Source: Eledone cirrhosa (lineage: Eukaryota). From it: 64,000 nt of DNA. A program made the position numbers and the translations under genes. The notes below the pieces were generated by a model. That model did no database searches and was not told where the DNA came from. It saw only the letters and a program-made list of their open reading frames with translations. Below are positions 57,650 to 64,000 of this stretch, piece after piece (the first letter of the stretch is position 1; every line of letters begins with the position of its first letter). Location of the stretch: NCBI GenBank assembly GCA_964016885.1, contig OZ024742.1:13330001-13394000 (forward strand), read 5' to 3'.

Positions 57650-60600
57650 TCAGTTAAAGGAAAATACTGGAGGATCAGTTAAAGGAAAATACTGGAGGAT
57701 CAGTTAAAGGAAAATACTGGAGGATCAGTTAAATCAAATACTGGAGGATCAGTTAAAGGGAAATATTTAAGGATAAGCAAAAGAAAATATTGGAGGATCA
57801 GTTAAGTAAAATACTGGAGGATCAGTTAAAATAAAATACTGGAGGATCAGTTAAAGGAAAATACTGGAGGATCAGTTAAAGGAAAATACTGGTGAATCAG
57901 TTAAATCAAATACTGGAGGATCAGTTAAAGGAAAATACTGAAGGATCAGTTAAAGGAAAATACTGGAGGATCAGTTAAAAGAAAATACTGGAGGATTAGT
58001 TAAAATAAAATACTGGAGGATCAGTTAAAGGAAAATACTGGAGGATCAGTTATAATAAAATACTGGAGGAATATTTAAAGTAAAATACTTGAGGATCAGT
58101 AAAAATAAAATACTGGAGGATCAGTTAATGGTAAGTACTGGAGGATCAGTTAAAATAAAATACAGGAGGATCAGTTAAAGGAAAATACTGGAGGATCAGT
58201 TAAAGGAAAATACTGGAGGATCAGTTAAAATAAAATACTGGAGGATCAGTTAAAGGAAAATACTGGAGGATCAGTTAAAGGAAAATACTGGAGGATCAGT
58301 CAAAGAAAAATACTGGAGCATCAGTTAAAGGGAAATTGTTAAGGATCAGTTAAAGAAAATACTGGAGGATCAGTTAAAGGTAAATACTGAAGGATCAGTT
58401 AATGGAAAATACTGGAGGATCAGTTAATGGAAAATACTGCAGGATCAGTTAAAGGAAAATACTGGAGGATTACTTAAAATAAAATACTGGAGGATCAGTT
58501 AAATGAAAATACTGGAGGATCAGTTAAAGGAAAATACTGGAGGATCAGTTAAAGGAAAATACTGGAGGATCATTTAAAATAAAATACTGAAGGATCAATT
58601 AAAGGAAAATACTGGAGGATCAGTTAAATAAAATACTGGAGGATCAGTTAAAGGAAAATACAAAGGATCAGTTAAAGGAAAATACTGGAGGATCAGTTAA
58701 AATAAAATTCTGAAGGATCAATTAAAGGAAAATACTGGAGGATCAGTTAAATACTGGAGGATCGGTTAAATGAAAATACAAAGGATCAGCCAAAGGAAAA
58801 TTCTGGAGGATCAGTTAAAATAAAATACTGGAGGATCAGTTAAAGGCTAATACGGGAGGATCAAATAAAGGAAAATACTTGAGGATCAGTTAAAATAAAA
58901 TACTGGAGGATCAGGTAAAGTAAAATACTGGAGGATCAGTTAAATAAAATACTGGAGGATCAGTTAAAGGAAAATACTGGAGGATCAGTTAAAATAAAAT
59001 ACTGGAGGATCAGTTAATGGAAAGTACTGGAAGATCAGTTAAAGAAAATACTGGAGGATCAGTTAAAGTAAAATATTGGAGGATCAGTTAAAGGAAAATA
59101 CCTGAGGATCAGTTAATGGAAAATACTGGAGGATCAGTTAAAGGAAAATACTGGAGGATCAGTTAAAATAAAATACTGAAGGATCAATTAAAGGAAAATA
59201 TTGGAGGATCAGTTAAATAAAATACTGGAGGATCAGTTAAAGGAAAATACAAAGGATCAGCTAAAGGCAAATACGGGAGGATCAAATAAAGGAAAATACT
59301 TGAGGATCAGTTAAAATAAAATACTGGAGGATCAGTAAAAGGAAAATACTGGAGGATCAGTTAAAGGAAAATACTGGGGGATCAGTTAAAGGAAAATACT
59401 GGAGGATCAGTTAAATCAAATACTGGAGGATCAGTTGAAGGGAAATATTTAAGGATCAGGTAAAGAAAATATTGGAGGATCAGTTAAGTTAAATACTGGA
59501 GGATCAGTTAAAATAAAATACTGGAGGATCAGTTAATGGAAAGTACTGGAAGATCAGTTAAAGAAAATACTGGAGGATCAGTTAAAGTAAAATATTGGAG
59601 GATCAGTTAAAGGAAAATACTGGAGGATCAGTTAAAGGAAAATACTGGAGGATCAGTTAAAGGAAAATACTGGAGGATCAGTTAAATCAAATACTGGAGG
59701 ATCAGTTAAAGGGAAATATTTAAGGATCAGGTAAAGAAAATATTGGAGGATCAGTTAAGTTAAATACTGGATGATCAGTTAAAATAAAATACTGGAGGAC
59801 CAGTTAAAGGAAAATACTGCAGGATCAGTTAAAGGAAAATACTGGAGGATCAGTTAAATAAAATACTGGAGGATCAGTTAAAGGAAAATACTGAAGGATC
59901 AGTTAAAGGATAATACTGAAGGATCAGTTAAATCAAATACTGGAGGATAGGTTAAAGAAAAATACTGGAGGATCAGTTAAAGAAAAATACTGGAGAATCA
60001 GTTAAAATAAAATACTGGAGGATCAATTAAAGGAAAATACTGGAGGATCAGTAAAAATAAAATACTGGTGGATCAGTTAAAGGAAAATACTGGAGGATCT
60101 GTTATAATAAAATACTGGAGGAACAGTTAAAGTAAAATACTGGAGGATCAGTAAAAATAAAATACTGGAGGATCAGTTAAAGGAAAATACTGGAGGATTA
60201 GTTAAAGGAAAATACTGGAGGATCAGTTAAAGGAAAATACTGGAGGATCAGTTAAAATAAAATACTGAAGGATCAATTAAAGGAAAATACTGGAGGATCA
60301 GTTAAATAAAATACTGGAGGATCAGTTAAAGGAAAATACTGGAGGATCAGTTAAAGGAAAATACTGGAGGATCAGTTAAATCAAATACTGGAGGATCAGT
60401 TAAAGGGAAATATTTAAGGATCAGCTAAAGAAAATATTGGAGGATCAGTTAAGTAAAATACTGGAGGATCAGTTAAAATAAAATACTGGAGGATCAGTTA
60501 AAGGAAAATACTGGAGGATCAGTTAAAGGAAAATACTGGTGAATCAGTTAAATAAAATACTGGAGGATCAGTTAAAGGAAAATACTGAAGGATCAGTTAA

Positions 60601-61770
60601 AGGAAAATACTGGAGGATCAGTTAAAAGAAAATACTGGAGGATTAGTTAAAATAAAATACTGGAGGATCAGTTAAAGGAAAATACTGGAGGATCAGTTAT
60701 AATAAAATACTGGAGGAATATTTAAAGTAAAATACTTGAGGATCAGTAAAAATAAAATACTGGAGGATCAGTTAATGGTAAGTACTGGAGGATCAGTTAA
60801 AATAAAATACAGGAGGATCAGTTAAAGGAAAATACTGGAGGATCAGTTAAAGGAAAATACTGGAGGATCAGTTAAAATAAAATACTGGAGGATCAGTTAA
60901 AGGAAAATACTGGAGGATCAGTTAAAGGAAAATACTGGAGGATCAGTCAAAGAAAAATACTGGAGCATCAGTTAAAGGGAAATTGTTAAGGATCAGTTAA
61001 AGAAAATACTGGAGGATCAGTTAAAGGTAAATACTGAAGGATCAGTTAATGGAAAATACTGGAGGATCAGTTAATGGAAAATACTGCAGGATCAGTTAAA
61101 GGAAAATACTGGAGGATTACTTAAAATAAAATACTGGAGGATCAGTTAAATGAAAATACTGGAGGATCAGTTAAAGGAAAATACTGGAGGATCAGTTAAA
61201 GGAAAATACTGGAGGATCAGTTAAAATAAAATACTGAAGGATCAATTAAAGGAAAATACTGGAGGATCAGTTAAATAAAATACTGGAGGATCAGTTAAAG
61301 GAAAATACAAAGGATCAGTTAAAGGAAAATACTGGAGGATCAGTTAAAATAAAATTCTGAAGGATCAATTAAAGGAAAATACTGGAGGATCAGTTAAATA
61401 AAATACTGGAGGATCGGTTAAATGAAAATACAAAGGATCAGCTAAAGGAAAATTCTGGAGGATCAGTTAAAATAAAATACTGGAGGATCAGTTAAAGGCT
61501 AATACGGGAGGATCAAATAAAGGAAAATACTTGAGGATCAGTTAAAATAAAATACTGGAGGATCAGGTAAAGTAAAATACTGGAGGATCAGTTAAATAAA
61601 ATACTGGAGGATCAGTTAAAGGAAAATACTGGAGGATCAGTTAAAATAAAATACTGGAGGATCAGTTAATGGAAAGTACTGGAAGATCAGTTAAAGAAAA
61701 TACTGGAGGATCAGTTAAAGTAAAATATTGGAGGATCAGTTAAAGGAAAATACCTGAGGATCAGTTAAAG
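57650..61770 (+). repeat. Duplication with a ~2650-bp offset; a partial third copy begins near 63200-64000
   Basis: GGTGAATCAG is at 57891/60538/63684 and TACTTAAAA (after GGAT) at 58471/61118 (offset 2647). GGCTAATACGG at 58845/61497 and CCTGAGG at 59101/61753 give 2652. Confidence 0.85.
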
Positions 61771-64000
61771 GAAAATACTGGAGGATCAGTTAAAGGAAAA
61801 TACTGGAGGATCAGTTAAATCAAATACTGGAGGATCAGTTAAAGGGAAATATTTAAGGATCAGGTAAAGAAAATATTGGAGGATCAGTTAAGTTAAATAC
61901 TGGATGATCAGTTAAAATAAAATACTGGAGGATCAGTTAAAGGAAAATACTGGAGGATCAGTTAAAGGAAAATACTGGAGTATCAGTTAAATAAAATACT
62001 GGAGGATCAGTTAAAGGAAAATACTGAAGGATCAGTTAAAGGATAATACTGAAGGATCAGTTAAATCAAATACTGGAGGATCAGTTAAAGAAAAATACTG
62101 GAGGATCAGTTAAAGAAAAATACTGGAGGATCAGTTAAAATAAAATACTGGAGGATCAGTTAAAGGAAAATACTGGAGGATCAGTTATAATAAAATACTG
62201 GAGGAACAGTTAAAGTAAAATACTGGAGGATCAGTAAAAATAAAATACTGGAGGATCAGTTAAAGGAAAATACTGGAGGATTAGTTAAAGGAAAATACTG
62301 GAGGATCAGTTAAAAGAAAATACTGAAGGATCAGTTAATGAAAATATTGGAGTATCAGTTAAATCAAATACTGGAGGATCAGTTAAAGGGAAATACTTAA
62401 GGATCAGTTAAAGAAAATATTGGAGGACCAGTTAAGTAAAATACTGGAGGATCAGTTAAAATAAAATATTGGAGGATCAGTTAAAGGAAAATACTTGAGG
62501 ATCAGTTAAAGGAAAATACTGGAGGATCAGTTAAATAAAATACTGGAGGATCAGTTAAAGGAAAATACAAAGGATCAGCTAAAGGAAAATACTGGAGGAT
62601 CAGTTAAAATAAAATACTGGAGGATCAGTTAAAGGCAAATACGGGAGGATCAAATAAAGGAAAATACTTGAGGATCAGTTAAAATAAAATACTGGAGGAT
62701 CAGTTAAAGTAAAATACTGGAGGATCAGTTAAAATAAAACACTGGAGGATCAGTAAAAGGAAAATACTGGAGGATCAGTTAAAATAAAATACTGGAGGAT
62801 CAGTTAATGGAAAGTACTGGAAGATCAGTTAAAGAAAATACTGGAGGATCAGTTAAAGTAAAATACTGGAGGATCAGTTAAAGGAAAATACTGGAGGATC
62901 AGTTAAAGGAAAATACTGGAGGATCAGTTAAAGGAAAATACTGGAGGATCAGTTAAATCAAATACTGGAGGATCAGTTAAAGGGAAATATTTAAGGATCA
63001 GGTAAAGAAGATATTGGAGGATCAGTTAAGTTAAATACTGGAGGATCAGTTAAAATAAAATACTGGAGGATCAATTAAAGGAAAATAATGGAGGATCAGT
63101 TAAATAAAATACTGGAGGATCAGTTAAAGGAAAATACAAAGGATCAGTTAAAGGAAAATACTGGAGGATCAGTTACAATAAAATACTGAAGGATCAGTTA
63201 AAGGCAAATACGGGAGGATCAAATAAAGGAAAATACTTGAGGATCAGTTAAAATAAAATACTGGAGGATCAGGTAAAGTAAAATACTGGAGGATCAGTTA
63301 AAATAAAACACTGGAATATCAGTAAAAGGAAAATACTGGAGGATCAGTTAAAATAACATACTGGAGGATCAGTTAATGGAAAGTACTGGAAGATCAGTTA
63401 AAGAAAATACTGGAGGATCAGTTAAAGTAAAATACTGGAGGATCAGTTAAAGGAAAATACTGGAGGATCAGTTAAAGGAAAATACTGGAGGATCAGTTAA
63501 AGGAAAATACTGGAGGATCAGTTAAATCAAATACTGGAGGATCAGTTAAAGGGAAATATTTAAGGATCAGCTAAAGAAAATATTGGAGGATCAGTTAAGT
63601 AAAATACTGGAGGATCAGTTAAAATAAAATACTGGAGGAACAGTTAAAGGAAAATACTGGAGGATCAGTTAAAGGAAAATACTGGTGAATCAGTTAAATC
63701 AAATACTGGAGGATCAGTTAAAGGAAAATACTGAAGGATCAGTTAAAGGTAAATACTGGAGGATCAGTTAAAAGAAAATACTGGAGGATTAGTTAAAATA
63801 AAATACTGGAGGATCAGTTAAAGGAAAATACTGGAGGATCAGTTATAATAAAATACTGGAGGAATATTTAAAGTAAAATACTTGAGGATCAGTAAAAATA
63901 AAATACTGGAGGATCAGTTAATGGTAAGTACTGTAGGATCAGTTAAAATAAAATACAGGAGGATCAGTTAAAGGAAAATACTGGAGGGTCAGTTAAAGGA

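Larger units (their letters stand above)
1..64000 (+). repeat. Tandem satellite DNA array, 25-bp monomer (consensus AAAATACTGGAGGATCAGTTAAAGG; main alternative ends in AT instead of GG), about 2,600 copies, open at both window ends
   Basis: AATACTGGAGGATCAGTTAA starts at 1, 26 and 51 and continues at a 24-25 bp period to base 64000. No non-repeat sequence or inverted monomer was seen. Confidence 0.99.

Noticed and set aside
1-64000. CRISPR array (25-bp repeat with a weak internal palindrome)
   Set aside because: The repeats abut directly. The variable part is only 1-3 bases from a small recurring set, not unique 25-45 bp spacers, and there is no leader or cas gene.
1-64000. Giant repetitive protein-coding ORF on either strand
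   Set aside because: The 25-bp unit shifts frame with each copy. TTAA gives TAA on both strands in almost every monomer, and the minus strand also has TGA, so all six frames close within a few monomers.
1-64000. Shine-Dalgarno sites (GGAGG), some followed by ATG, and -10 boxes (TATAAT variants, e.g. ~2896, 4863)
   Set aside because: These are incidental parts of the monomer or single-base variants. Downstream frames stop within a few dozen bases and no -35 element or gene follows.
1-64000. Telomerase-made long telomeric repeat (25-bp units exist in Kluyveromyces lactis)
   Set aside because: The sequence does not resemble TG-rich yeast telomere units. Kilobase blocks of variants copied in order point to DNA-level duplication rather than templated addition of one unit.
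1-64000. Pure sequencing or rolling-circle concatemer artefact, or a synthetic data-encoding construct
   Set aside because: Variants are shared hierarchically across many different offsets with graded divergence and positional clines. That fits natural evolution better than random error or a single circular template. Individual exact duplications could still be assembly errors.
1-64000. G-quadruplex or phased A-tract curvature array
   Set aside because: G runs are mostly GG only. The 25-bp period is about 2.4 helical turns, so the A-tracts are not in phase for cumulative bending.
1-64000. Plasmid iterons or a Dam-regulated replication origin (GATC-rich direct repeats)
   Set aside because: Iteron clusters have a few to tens of copies next to a rep gene. 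Here there are thousands of copies and no gene.

Overview
The whole 64,000-base window is one uninterrupted head-to-tail satellite array and runs off both edges. The consensus monomer is 25 bp, AAAATACTGGAGGATCAGTTAAAGG (11 A, 7 G, 5 T, 2 C; 36% GC; 72% purine on the + strand). 24-bp variants are common, giving roughly 2,600 monomers, all in the same orientation. I see no genes, RNA genes, transposons, CRISPR spacers or unique sequence, and stop codons recur in all six frames. The information lies in how the variant monomers are arranged. About 30 diagnostic variants recur in a conserved order, forming an irregular higher-order repeat. That repeat has been re-amplified by nested tandem duplications (offsets of about 0.74, 0.94, 1.7, 2.13, 2.58, 2.65, 3.2-3.4 and 3.5-3.7 kb) and by long-range copies (about 15.9 and 17.1 kb). 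Some variants replace each other along the array, and the first 2 kb resembles the region beyond 35 kb more than the middle. This looks like eukaryotic heterochromatic satellite DNA, but I cannot identify the organism or family. I find no support for a new gene-encoded system. Offsets were read by eye from marker variants, and block boundaries are approximate.
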